Part shown: piece by piece, positions 38,395-51,600 of the stretch
Layout of the letters: the number at the start of each line of letters is the position of its first letter
How positions within the stretch are numbered: position 1 is the first letter of the stretch
Source of the DNA: Octopus sinensis
Lineage: Eukaryota
Reading direction: 5' to 3'
Assembly (NCBI RefSeq): GCF_006345805.1
Contig: NC_042999.1
Coordinates: 167,772,001-167,836,000, forward strand
DNA: 64,000 nucleotides
The notes under the pieces: model-generated
The model's input: the letters and a program-made list of their open reading frames with translations, nothing else
The model's database searches: none
Told to the model about the DNA's origin: nothing
Translations under genes and position numbers: made by a program

Positions 38395-38715
38395 GTGATG
38401 GCTCAGTGGTTAGAGCATCAGACTCACAATCACAAAGTTATGAATTTGATTCCTGGACCGGGCAGTGTGTTGTGTTCTTGAGCAATACACTTTTTTTCAT
38501 GTTGCTCCAGAAATGAGTTGTGATGTCATTGGTACCAAGCTGTATTGGCCTTTACCTTTCCCTTGGATAACATCAGTGGCATAGAGAGGAGAGGCTGGTA
38601 TGCATGGTTGACTGCTGGTCTTCCATGAACAACCTTGCCCGGACTTGTGCCTCAGAAAGGAACTTTCTTAGTGCAATCCCTTGGCCATTCATGACCAAAG
38701 GGGTTTTTTACCCTT
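38395..38715 (+). mobile_element. Family E tRNA-derived SINE
   Basis: tggctcagtggttagagca A box, tttgattcc B-like box and cttgagcaa CORE-like motif. Confidence 0.75.
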
Positions 38716-39167
38716 TTACATAGGACAGGTGAAGGGTTAAAATAGATTCAGAATTAATGGTGATCTTTATACTTTCATGAGAAAAGTCCTTTATATAACT
38801 GATATTATTCCAATAATATTTATTACACTTCATAGAAATGAAATACCTTCCTAGTTAACATTTCAGGACATTTAACATAACCCGGCATGGAAGGAGTAGT
38901 TTAACAGCTTTTCTTTTTCTTATTTATGAGAGACTTAGTTGCTCATTCATATATCAATGGCTTATCCTATTAAGGGTCGACTGACATATCAATCATTTCC
39001 CAGATTTAAGTGACTCTACTTCTGCATTATTGTACAACATAAAAAATACATACCAATGTGTAACTTTTTTTATATATTATCAGACAAAACTTCTTTTATG
39101 TCTCTGTTAGGGTAGGTAATTTGAGTCATCTCATCATCATTGTTGTTTTAATATCTACTTTCCTATA

Positions 39168-39380
39168 GGCAGCGAGCTGGCAGAATCAATGGCATGCTGG
39201 GCGAAATGCTTAGCAGTATTTCGTCTGTCTTTAGATTCTGATTTCAAATTCCACCGAGAATGACATTGCCTTTCATCCTTTCAGGGTCAATAAATTAAGT
39301 ACCAGTTGCATACTGGGGTCAGTCTAATCGACTTGGCCCATCCCCCTAAGATTTTGAGCCTTTTACCTAGAGTAGAAAAG
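39168..39380 (+). mobile_element. Family B SINE, alternative-tail variant, inserted in a family D remnant
   Basis: TSD aatatctacttt (39150 and 39381); tail ...cctagagtagaaaag shared with the 51390 copy. Confidence 0.8.
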
Positions 39381-39852
39381 AATATCTACTTTTCTATGCT
39401 TATGTAGTCCGGCAGAATTTATGGCAGTAGATTTCTTATTGATGGATGTCCTTCCTGTTGCCAACCCTCACCTGTTTTCAAGTAAGGCATCATTTCCCCC
39501 TGGCCAGATATATTTTTATGGAAAATAGGATATGATGGATGGATACACACACACACACACACACAACATGCTGCTTTCAGTCTAGACTATCAAATCTACT
39601 CAAAAAGTTTTGGTTGGCCTTCCTGCCTAGGGCTAAAGTAGAATATACTTACCCAATGTGCCACACAGTGGGACTAAATCCAAAGCCATGTGGCTGGGAA
39701 GTAAACCTCTAAACCACACAGCCATGCTTGCACATTTTTGAGAAATATATTTCCTTCTCCCAAGATGTTTTCTTCAAACTTCATAAGTAATATATTTCTA
39801 TTTATTTTAGTTTCTATAAATGTTGATTAGAATTCTTGACATACTAATGTTT

Positions 39853-39855
<3 letters not shown>

Positions 39856-39891
<36 letters not shown>

Positions 39892-39923
39892 CCCCCTGTC
39901 CTCTCTCCCCCCTCTCTCTCTCT

Positions 39924-39965
<42 letters not shown>
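39856..39965. repeat. (CT)n microsatellite
   Basis: Seen directly. Confidence 0.95.
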
Positions 39966-39969
<4 letters not shown>

Positions 39970-40245
39970 ATTAGTGTTGCTGCATAACCTGTTCAAGCAG
40001 ACATGAGTTATGTAAGGAGCGGACTAAATATCTGGGCAAAATCTATAGACCTAATATTCCCAATCCCCTCCTTTTATTGAAGACTGTATATGTCTGGCAT
40101 GATGTTCTGTATGGTTAGTGTAGAAGTTTCTATCTTTCAAACGCTGCTCAATCGTGATTAGCTGATTCCTTTGGACATATTAACTTGTACAATATATAAT
40201 ATATGATATATATTTTTTTTTAAAAAGAGCTGGGGTAGGATATAG

Positions 40246-40651
40246 TCTTTTACTCTTTTACTTGTTTCAGTCATTTGACTGCGGCCATGCTGGAGCACCG
40301 CCTTTAGTCGAGCAAATCGACCCCGGGACTTATTCTTTGTAAGCCCAGTACTTATTCTATCGGTCTCTTTTGCCGAACTGCTAAGTGACGGGGACGTAAA
40401 CACACCAGCATCGGTTGTCAAGCGATGTTGGGGGGACAAACACAAACATACACGCACACACACATATACATATATATATACATATATACGACAGGCTTCT
40501 TTCAGTTTCCGTCTACCAAATCCACTCACAAGGCTTTGGTCGGCCCGAGGCTATAGTAGAAGACACTTGCCCAAAGTGCCACGCAGTGGGACTGAACCCG
40601 GAACCATGTGGTTGGTAAACAAGCGACTTACCACACAGCCACTCCTGCGCC
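40246..40651 (-). mobile_element. Family A SINE, full length, young
   Basis: Near-consensus with CpGs retained. Confidence 0.92.
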
Positions 40652-40813
40652 TTGTTAATAATATCAGAAAATTCTTCAGAAAGATATATACATGTGTAGA
40701 ATAATTATTGTTTTAAAAATATTATATATAAATATATGTAAATATGTATAAGTATAAATATATAATAAATATGACAGTTTAAAATTTAATAGTTTAAAAT
40801 TAAGTTTTTGAAG

Positions 40814-40905
40814 CATCTTACAATCGTTTCACAAAAGAATTGTCTCTATAATGGATTCTTATATTGATAAACATTTATAGACAATACTTCTGCTCTTCAG
40901 AGATA
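40814..40905 (-). ncRNA. Type I hammerhead ribozyme with a long stem II (second instance)
   Basis: Minus strand reads TATCT-CTGAAGA-[GCAGAAG T ATTGTCT...AGACAAT T CTTTTGT, 63 nt]-GAAA-CGATTG-TA-AGATG. Stem I UAUCU/AGAUG, stem III ACGAUUGU, GUA triplet. Confidence 0.75.
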
Positions 40906-43900
40906 AAGAATGTGAAGTTTGTATAATTTATCGAATGGTAGTTTTTTAAAAATATGAAGTAATATGGAAAAATTGGTGTTTGTTTGAAATATAAATTAAA
41001 AGTTACTGTTTTTTATTTTGCTAAATACACCTTAATATAAGAATCTTGAAATCCATATATGCCTCCTTGGTCCTATATATTTATCTTATTTTTGTACAAT
41101 ATATTTATCTTATTTTTCTCTTGGTAGAGATTTATCTGAAGGATTTTTGGCTGCTGCTTCTAGCAGTTCCAGTTACTGCATAGAAGCTCCCTCACCAATT
41201 CTTTCACTTTTTTTCTTTCTTTAAGAAATTTTATCAAAGTTGTTATTGCTTGGATATTTTCTAACTGACGTTAGCAGATACATCACAAAATATAATTTGA
41301 CTATCCCAACCAATTTACAATTGTTATAGCTTTTTAAATCTAGTTCCTTGGTCATTTCTTTATTCAGAGTGCTACTGAAGGATGAATTCCTGTAGATCAA
41401 CATTTTGTTGTTTATATGAATAATGGGAAAATCTTTGTGCAACCAGCAAACGTCATGAAATGTTGAGAGGTTTCAAATCTAAAGAAGATTGTGTTATAAC
41501 TACATGGTTTCAGGTTTAATCTCATTGCATGGCCTCTGGGTAACTCTCTTCTTTCATGGTCTCAGGTCAACCAACAAGGGAAATCTAGTAGACAGAAACT
41601 GTCAGCTCTTCAGAGCAACCATACCTATTTCTGGCAGCTAGTAGGCTTCTCTGTTCAATTTAGTATTGCCATTTAGTCTATGGGTGCCTTTCATGGAATA
41701 TACTCTGTTGCAAGCATTTGGGCCAGATTTCCAATATGATGATAACCTCCACTCTACTTCCCAATAGCAGAAGCTCTGGAAAGAGTTATGAGTGCTGCTT
41801 ATTGTTCAATAGTTAAACTTATGTGAAAATTTTAAAATAAAATTTGAAGCCTCACTGTAAAAGCAAAATAAACAAATGTAACAAAATGTATTTTTAGAAA
41901 ATGCAGATGTATGGTTACACACAGACACAAATAACAATAAATATATTCAGTGAATACAGATGTTTGTTACTATAGGAAAGTTTATTTCCAGATAAGTTGC
42001 AAACCATAAATTATACTGCATAATAAAACTAAAACAGCTCCTTCTTTTGAAACAGTTCTGATTCTTGGTTGCATCTGTATCAACTTTCAGTTTTTCCCAA
42101 ATCAAATGTGAGTTGTTTACTACTAGGCTTGCACATGTCTCTTCTGAATAAACTCTCCTTCAGTGGTTACTAAGTTTAATAATACCATCATGATGGTATT
42201 TGTTTGTAGTAAGGAACACAATGGAATTTGTTGTTGTTAGTTTTAATCTTTAATTTTTTTTTTTTACCATAATGGTGTGAAAGTTGTATCCATGTCCTTT
42301 ACAGGCCTTTCAAGACCAGTGAGATTATCATTCTGCTTAAACAGTTGTTGATGATTGTTGAAAAGACGTGCTAGGAAATAATTCTGGACGACCAATGTAC
42401 CTGATGAAAGTGTTCAATAGGAGTTTAGTGCAGAGCGTACGAGATTGGACAAAAAGTGGAAGTGAAAGAAGAGGAGACAAATGTGTTAAGGGTTAAAGGC
42501 CATTACAAATTCCAAAAGTAGCATCAGAGTACTATTAGTGTGGATTTTGCAAAGCTGTAATGACATCCTTTAAGATATTTTTTGTGGATTAGTTAGGGAA
42601 ACAAGTAGTGTTCACAGTCTTTGCAGACACAACTGGTAGACACAACTGGTAGACAGTCCATCAAAATTTCTTGTGGTATGCTCATACTACCTATTCATTC
42701 TTAGTTCAAATGTTGCTGAGCTTGACTTTGTGTTTGGTACCCTCTGGATGGGTGAAGAAATAAGTACCGTCAAGTACTAGTGTTGATCAATATAATCAAT
42801 TGTTTTCTTCTCACAAATTTGGCCTTCTGCTCATGTAAGAAGTCATCATTATTATCATGGCAGTGGATTAGCAGAATTTTTAGAGTCTCCAACTAAATGC
42901 CTTGTAGTATTTGGTTAGATATCTTTGTGATCTGAGTTCAAATCTTGCCAAAGGCAACTTTGCTTTTTGTCTTCCTGAGCATTGATAAACTGATAATTGT
43001 GAAAAACTGGAGTCACTATTATCATCATTATTGTAATGGAACTCTAATGAAAGAAAATCTGGGTTTGCAATTTTAAGTATTTCCACTTATACATAAACCA
43101 GATATTTTTATAGCTTGCTGCCTTTCTCAACTTTCAGCTCTGCCTGATACTTATTCCTTAAGTAGTTGGAGCAAAGTTGGTAAAATTGTTTTATATGTTC
43201 CCCAAGGACATTTACACAGTACCTATGTCATGCTGCCCCTATTTTATAGATATATTGAGTATAAAATTTTGAAATGAAAGGTCAGTTATTTAAATAAGAT
43301 ATGATAATAAATGTGAATGTTTGATAATGACAAAGACAATACATATGAATACCAAGAACAACTAATACATATTTAATGGGTTTAAATTTACATTAAATTC
43401 TGCCAATGTAGAAAAGTTTCGTATTTTACTAATTCCCTTCAATTTCTTCATTATTTTCAAAGTTAATTAAAATACATCGATGATCTGCTTCATCTTATCA
43501 CAGGAATGTTAAATTAATTAACTTATAGTGTTTTGTTAAACCAGAACAAAATATTTTTGTTATTAGTATTAAAATTCTTTGCAAAGCTATATATCAATTT
43601 TCCAAAATTCTAATTTCGTTAAATTGTGTTATATTTGCCAAAGGAGAAATTAGACTTTGAAACTACACTGAAAGAAGAAAGCTTAAGTTGGAAATGGATT
43701 GCTGGTGAGAGTAATCCTCATATGATTGCTGAAGCATGGTGGTGGTGGTGGTGAGGGTGATGCTGCTAATGGTAATGGGAGTGGCTGTGGTGAAATTTAA
43801 ACAGTTTGATTTAAATGATATCAATACAGAAGATCAAGTAGGGTTGTGTAAATGTGAGTAAACTGATCTTTGTTATTAAAGTCAAGTGGTAATAACTTGA

Positions 43901-44357
43901 AAAAAAAAAGTCACATTTTACTTTTAATATGATGCTATGCATTGACTAAAGTAAAATAATGTGAAAATATGGATATTTACAGACTCAATCACATGACAAA
44001 TAAACCAACAGAGCCATTTTCTCATTACTGATGTAATGCTCTTTCCTTGACAGGGACCCATTCCTCCCAACAATTTTACCAACAAAGAAATATTCTCCCA
44101 CTTGTGGGAGCAGCTGAAGTGCTGTGTAATCGATGAGTGTTTTGTAAGCTTAAGTCTTCAATCATAATTATTTTGTCCTTAATAAACATATATTAATCCT
44201 AACTTTAATTCAAACCTAAAACCATGTCAAACCATCAGTGAATTGAAGCATTTGTTCCCAGAGTTGGCATTTGAGTAACATTGCTTCTTGTACAATATAG
44301 CTGAGGAGACAAAGACACAAATGACTCCTGTATAAATTGGAATTGTTTCTGTCTCAT

Positions 44358-44690
44358 ATATATAAACCCTCCTTCTTCCCTTCTTTCCTGAGCGTCCAAT
44401 AATACTTTATTTGTTCCACATCCTCGCGTTGTTGTGTTTTTGTTTTTGTTTTTTTGTGTTTTCTTGTTTGGATTAACTATATATATATATATATCATGAG
44501 AATTTACAAAAAAGCAAAAAACGAAGATGGCTGTGTAAACAACAAACAGATGTATTAGTTTAACGCTCAGGAAGTGAGAAAGTTTTTTACGTTTCAAGCC
44601 TGTGCTCTTCGACAGAAAGAAACACAGAAGTAAACAGAGAGAGAAAATAGAAAAAGGTTTAGTGGCTAGCGATCTATCATGGCGATATGT
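44358..44690. mobile_element. Tail-to-tail partial repeat pair around (TA)n; possible Penelope-like remnant
   Basis: ttcctgagcgt...tttgttccaca (44385-44420) is inverted relative to tgtgtaaacaacaaac...acgctcaggaa (44532-44573); hammerhead-like motif on the minus strand at about 44586-44620. Confidence 0.4.
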
Positions 44691-44735
44691 ATATATATAT
44701 ATATAAAGCTCCAACTTTCTAAAACATTATAGATA

Positions 44736-44906
44736 GGCGCAGGAGTGGCTGTGTGGTAAGTAGCTTGCTAAACAACCACATGGTTCCGGGTTCAGTCCCA
44801 CTGCGTGGCATCTTGGGCAAGTGTCTTCTGCTATAGCCCCGGGCCGACCAATGCCTTGTGAGTGGATTTGGTAGACGGAAACTGAAAGAAGCCTGTCGTA
44901 TATATG

Positions 44907-44937
<31 letters not shown>

Positions 44938-45155
44938 TTGTGTGTCTGTGTTTGTCCCCCTAGCATTGCTTGACAACCAATGCTGATGTGTTTACGTCCC
45001 CGTCACTTAGCGGTTCGGCAAAAGAGACCGATAGAATAAGTACTGGGCTTACAAAGAATAAGTCCCGGGGTCGGTTTGCTCGACTAAAGGCGGTGCTCCA
45101 GCATGGCCGCAGTCAAATGACTGAAACAAGTAAAAGAGAGTAAAAGAGAGTAAAG
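44736..45155 (+). mobile_element. Family A SINE, full length, young
   Basis: Near-consensus. Confidence 0.92.
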
Positions 45156-45535
45156 ACTACAGTTGCCTCAGACACAGTGTTTGTTGGAGAGCAGTGAAAA
45201 AATATTTTTGGTCAACGGTAGTTTATAGAATATGTTATGTAATAGTAGTTCAGGTTACTCTGCCAAAGGCAATACTTTTTTATTCACACTGTTTTGAATT
45301 AATCATGTATTATCTTGTAGCTTCAAGATTTTGTTTGATTTTTAGAATGACACTATAAAGTAGTTTTGTAAAAGCCAGGCCTGGCCAGCTTTAACATAAA
45401 ACATTTTGAACAGATATGGCTGTTTTCAATGCTAAAGGGTTAAGCATGCATGTATATGTGAAAACCTTTTTGTTGATGTATATGCATTGAAGCCCATATG
45501 TGTGTGTGTATGTGTTTAATGGTATGGTATATTAT

Positions 45536-45766
45536 GGCAGCGAGCTGGCAGAATCGTTAGCACGCCGGGCGAAATGCGTAGCCGTATTTCGTCTGTCGTT
45601 ACGTTGTGAGTTCAAATTCCACCGAGGTCAACTTTGTCTTTCATCCTTTCGAGGTCGATAAATTAAGTACCAGTTACACACTGGGGTCGATGTAATCGAC
45701 TTAATACCTATGTCTATCCTGGTTTGTCCCCTCTGTGTCTGGCCCCTTGTGGGTAGTAATGAAATA
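45536..45766 (+). mobile_element. Family B SINE
   Basis: TSD ggtatattat (45526 and 45767). Confidence 0.9.
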
Positions 45767-47359
45767 GGTATATTATGGCTGGTTGTTGTCACCAGCAGCC
45801 ATGAATAGTTGTTGCTGCTATTGGCTAAAAACAATGATTTGATAAAGCATTCTGTTCAGATGTTTCTCATTGAACAACCAGTCCTGAATGACTCTTCTTT
45901 TCCTTCTTTTTTGGTTTTTTTTTTTTTATTTTTTTAATCCTTACAAGGAAGGGTCATGAAAGCAATTTAACAAAAGTCAAGTAGACATATTTGATTGGTC
46001 AGCTTAGCACAAATAAATAAACTTTGTATTGATAATAAACAAAATAGCAGAAAATATTTGCTGGTATTTTCCCATAAAATCTTTGCAAAAATGCCAGGAT
46101 TTCTGATTATCTGTGAACCAAGTTTGGGTTTTGAGTTTTAGCTTGACTTCCTATTATAGATTTTCAAACAACTAAATGTCAGTGCATGGCAGTTTTAACT
46201 GTCCTACTTATATGTGTCTCATTTCAAAAAAATGTTTTGATTTTGAATCAATGAAGAGGAAATGCTTGATATTGAATCAATTAAAAGGAAATGATATTGA
46301 ATCAATAAGGAGGAATTGCTTGATAAAGCAGCCAAGCACCCTCAAATCACACCCAACCTTCTTAACCCTTCAGTGTTCAGATTATCCTATCAAACATAAT
46401 GCTTATTGATTCCCATTGATTTGAATTAATCATGCATTATCTCATATCTTCAAGATCTTGATGGTGTAATTACTTAATGTAGAATAACATTGTAGGGTAG
46501 GTGTGAGAGCCTGGATCTGGTCAGTTTGAACATAAAACAGATTAACTATTTTGGCCGGTTTAAATACTAAAGGGTTAAAACAGATTGGATGTGACTTAAC
46601 AGTTAAACAATATAGACCTAGATATTCAAAAAATATGGGATGGTCTGAGCTTGAATGCATTTGTTCATAGGAAGTTCTGCTCAATCGTGACTAATCTGGG
46701 AGTAAACAACAACAAGGTATTCAGATTTAATCTTGTCTTGTCTGTCATGAACAATCACCACAATACGTTCAACATTTAAAAGTAGATATATTGTTCCTGT
46801 TATATAATACACTCAGTTTCAAATACTTTATGTTGTTTTTAAAATCTTTCTAGTTAATCAACTTAAGGGGAGTCTCTATATGATCTCATGATCTGATACA
46901 GATAGCAAACAAATCTCCTTCAATTTGTACCCCATCATTTTAAATAAGGACATCTTAAACAATTTTGTCATAAACACTCCCAAAGGAGCAGGATTATCAC
47001 AGTTGGAGTTCCTTTGATCCTATGATCTGTTTGGTGCTCAGGGCTAAATAACAATAACATGTTTTAAAAATCCTATGAAGCACATCACAGATGTAGTTTT
47101 GAGTTATTTTTATACATATGAATGATATTTTAAGTGATTCTGTTCATACATTTTACAAATCAGGAAGAAAAGCTTTTTAGAAAAATATCTTAAAATTCCA
47201 TTAATTTTCGATTTCAAATTTTGAATTTATACATTCGTACATACCAGGTAGTGGATAACAGTTAATTTGTGTGTGGGTGAGAGAGGGAGTGTGTTTGTGT
47301 ATGTATACATACACAGATGCTACAATCTAAGTGGAAGATGGAACTAGTACTCAATATAT

Positions 47360-47580
47360 GCTGGCAGAAACGTTAGCGCGCCGGGCGAAATGCTTAGCTG
47401 TATTTCGTCTGTCGTTACGTTCTGAGTTCAAATTCCGCCGGGGTCAACTTTGCCTTTCATCCTCTCAGGTCGATAAATAAAGTACCAGTTTCGCACTGGG
47501 TCGATATAATCGACTTAATCCGTTTGTCTGCCATTGTTTGTCCCCTCTATGTTTAGCCCCTTGTGGGCAATAAAGAAATA
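47360..47580 (+). mobile_element. Family B SINE, slightly 5'-truncated
   Basis: TSD aatatatg (47353 and 47581). Confidence 0.88.
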
Positions 47581-48186
47581 AATATATGTTGTAGACATAA
47601 ATTGAGGTTTTGGTCAGTACTTAAGTTTCATGCTTTGCAATCTTTCATATGATAAGATTTCAGTTTGTGTGTGTGGAAGCATAGAAAAGTGTTCTTTGTT
47701 TCCAATCTTCCATGAAAACATGTCTCATCTTGGGGATTTATTACTTTACCTAGAAATAGGTGTGAGTGACTGACAGGAAGGGCATCTGGTTGTAGAAAAT
47801 CCAATCCACCTCAACAAATTCTGACTCATGCAAGCTTGGAAATGTGGATGGAAAACAGAAATGAGATCACATACACATTTGAAACAACCTGGTGTATATA
47901 ATATATATAATGTGTGTACAACTGTAGAAAGACACTAGCTGAAAAGTTTTGTCTCAGAGAAGCAGTTCATATAGATTTATGTTAAAAACTTAGAGCTTTA
48001 CTCAAAATCTTGGTCGATTGCCAGAACACATGTTTGACCTGATCCATGTAACAAATATTCTGGATGTAATGGGTTCAGCCAACAAATGTTTGTTTTTATT
48101 TAGAAGTCAATAAACAAAACATTCACTGATTTGTGTCACACAAGCCAGCCAAGATTTGTCAGCTTAGCTTAGAACAGCTGGAGTAT

Positions 48187-48232
48187 TTACCACTGAGGAG
48201 GCCTATTGAGATTGAAACACTGTGTCTGGCAA
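48187..48232 (+). ncRNA. Degenerate minimal type I hammerhead motif
   Basis: TTACCA-CTGAGGA-GGCCTATTGAGATT-GAAA-CACTGTG-TC-TGGCAA; core intact, stems I and II carry mismatches. Confidence 0.55.
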
Positions 48233-48720
48233 TCCACTGATGTTCTGAATAAGGCCCTGTGTTTTTAACACAACAGTCTATTTGAGATCTTTCTCTGAGA
48301 CAAAATATTACAGCTAGTGTCATTCCACATTATATATATTATACACACTAATGTGAGTGTGTGTTCAGTTAGCATCTGTTTTTCCATGCTTGCATGGGTT
48401 GGATGAATATTTTATTTTTAGATGGATGCTCTTCTTGGTGCCCACCCATACCTGTTTTCAAACAACAGATCTCTTATTCCACATGGCTTTTATGGTACAA
48501 AGTACCTAAGCTGGCAACAACAATCACTGCTGTACTTTTGAACAAACAATGACGGATGTGAGTAAACACACATAGTCTTCTTTCAGTTTTTGGCTACTAA
48601 ATCCACTCACCAGACTGGTTATCCCAGAGCTATAGTAGAAAATACTTGCACTTCAGGTGGGTCTGAACCCAAAGCCATATGGTTAAAAAGCAAACATCTC
48701 AACCACAGAGCCATGCTTGT

Positions 48721-48780
<60 letters not shown>

Positions 48781-48784
<4 letters not shown>

Positions 48785-48918
48785 TATATTAAATTAGAGA
48801 TAAAACCACTATTAGGCAAATCAAACAATGAAAAACTTAAGCCAATATTTTTATTGGCTTAAGTTTTTCATTGTATGATTTGCCTAATAGTGGTTTTATC
48901 TCTAATTTAATATAATAT
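48781..48918. repeat. Near-perfect hairpin (67-bp arms, 4-nt loop) embedded in (TA)n
   Basis: 48781-48847 versus 48852-48918, one mismatch. Confidence 0.9.
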
Positions 48919-48996
48919 AATATTTTACTATAAAATTGGATTCAATACTAAATCTGATTTTTCCTTGTAAGTTTGGATTTATTCCCTAATATTTAT

Positions 48997-49075
<79 letters not shown>

Positions 49076-49468
49076 CATAGACATATCTATGTCTTTTTCT
49101 CTTTTAGAATGGGTCAGCACTCAAATAGAGCACATCTATTTTTTTGCTAATTTAGGAATATGTGTGTAAAGGCTGATGGTTTTTCAGTTAAGAATCTCTT
49201 TTTGTTTTTTCCTTTTGCTAATCATTCAGCCTTGAAGTGTGAAGACTCTCTTTTGTTTTCATACCAGCAGAAACATGAAACATTGTTTTTATTTGCTTCA
49301 GTCTATTTCGTAGAAATATAGAAACACTTGCTTTTTACCATGATTAAGCAGTATGTTAAGAAGTGCACTGCAGATGGGATTATCGCAAGTAAATATATAG
49401 AATAAACAAGAAATAAGTTCATATTGAATTTATTGCTTACACTTTGTGGTACTTAAAATGTCCAATTA

Positions 49469-49858
49469 GGTGGGAGTGGCTGTGTGGTAAGTAGCTTGCT
49501 AACCAACCACATGGTTCCGGGTTCAGTCCCACTGCGTGGCATCTTGGGCGAGTGTCTTCTGCTATAGCCCCGGGCCAACCAATGCCTTGTGAGTGGATTT
49601 GGTAGACGGAAACTGAAAGAAGCCCGTCGTATATATGTATATATATATGTATGTGTGTGTCTGTGTTTGTCCCCCTAGCATTGCTTGACAACCGATGCTG
49701 GTGTGTTTACGTCCCCGTCACTTAGCGGTTCGGCAAAAGAGACCGTGAAGTACTGGGCTTACAAAGAATAAGTCCCGGGGTCGATTTGCTTGACTAAAGG
49801 CGGTGCTCCAGCATGGCCACAGTCAAATGACTGAAACAAGTAAAAGAGTAAAGAGTAA
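49469..49858 (+). mobile_element. Family A SINE
   Basis: Near-consensus. Confidence 0.9.
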
Positions 49859-50325
49859 ATTAAATATATCAAATTTTTTTTACTAATAATCTCTAGCTAA
49901 CTGGTTGGTTGATATGATAGCCTCAAACATAACTTTTACAAGAGATGCTAATAAAGATCTTGATCTGATCATTGTACTTAGCTGTCCTGTCTAGTCCCAT
50001 TTTTTTTTTTCTCATTTTTTAAAGGCATGCTCATCCTTCATTTTTGTGCTGGCTGTCTTTGGATATTTTGATATTCAGATGCAGGATATTTCATGATCCA
50101 TGCTTTCCTAGGAATAGAAATTTAAGGTATTGTTCAGTAGCACAGCAAAACTCCAATCAAACAGATTTATGGTACAGAGAAAGCTGATAGAGCAGTTGGT
50201 CAGTTGTTGCTATCCAGTTAGTTGCATTGCATGTCATTTAGTTTCTAAGTGTGTTGTGTGTTTTAGCCATGTTTTTAGTATGTTTCCAGCCAAATGGTTT
50301 CAGGTTCAATCACTCAATGCAGTGA

Positions 50326-50450
50326 CTTGGGCAGTTCTCTTCTTTATTGCCTTGGGCAGTTCTCTTCTTTATTGCCTTGGGCAGTTCTCTTCTTTATTGC
50401 CTTGGGCAGTTCTCTTCTTTATTGCCTTGGGCAGTTCTCTTCTTTATTGC
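50326..50450. repeat. Minisatellite, 5 perfect 25-bp copies, inside a decayed family A SINE head
   Basis: (cttgggcagttctcttctttattgc)x5. Confidence 0.95.
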
Positions 50451-51070
50451 TGACCAAAATCTTGTGGTTGGATTTGCTGGCAGCAGCTAAAAGAAGACCA
50501 TCTTATATGTGTGTGCACACCTGCCCTTGCCTGCATGCATGCCTGTCTCTATGTTTACATACGCAATCAATATTATGGCACAGTGGGTGGAGGTGTTGTC
50601 AATTTCTTCTCTCTGCAATCCTTTGAAAGTGTGTGGAATAAGGGATACTTCAGATAAAAAACAGGTAAAGATTAGCATCTGTCAGTGCAGTGTCACTTAA
50701 AAAGCATCCAGTCCACACTGTAAAGTGGTTGACATCTGGAAGGGTGTCCAGCTGTAAAAACCTTGCCAAAATTTACCTTGCCTGTGCTAGTGCCACATAA
50801 AAAGCACAAAGTCCACTCTGCTGAGTGGTTGGTGTTAGGAAGGGCATCCAGCTGTTAAAATCCTGTCAAAACAGTTACAGAAATCTGGTGCAGGCTTCTG
50901 CCTGGCCAACTCCTATCAAAATCTTTCCAAGCAAGATACTATTTCCCGTAACTCCTTCAAACATGAACAGTCCAATATCTGCGCATGTTTGCAAAACAAA
51001 AATTGTTTCTTTTTGTGCAACAAGATCATTTGTTAGTAATAAGCACTTGAGGCCCAGACAAGGAAGTACA

Positions 51071-51103
<33 letters not shown>

Positions 51104-51389
51104 TCATATGCAGCAGGCTACTTGCACACATTTATGTTGCTTCTGCTAATTAAAAAAAAAAATAGTAAAATGTGTTATATTTTGTGATTGAGCATATCCA
51201 TCAATAGTTATCACTTCTGTCAGCTGCCCACCCCACCTGAGAGCATTAGTTATATTATTAATGTGTTAGCTACAATTTGCAATAGACTATGAATACTGAC
51301 TGCTGGATCAGTTTCTTGAGGTTGTTACATAAATTCCTACATGAAATATCAATTATAGAATTGATCTAATATTATTTGTGGATTATGAA

Positions 51390-51600
51390 GGTGGTGAACT
51401 GGCAGAAATGTTGGCAGACCGGGTGAAATGTTTAGTGCTATTTTGTTTGTCTTTACATTCTGAGTTCAAATTCCGCCGAGGTCGACTTTGCCTTTCATCC
51501 TTTCGGGGTCAATAGATAAGTACCACTTGCATACTGGGGTCAATCTAATTAACTGGCACCCCTCCCCAAAAATTTTGGGCCTTGTGCTTAGAGTAGAAAA
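51390..51600 (+). mobile_element. Family B SINE, alternative-tail variant
   Basis: TSD ttatttgtggattat (51372 and 51603). Confidence 0.85.
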
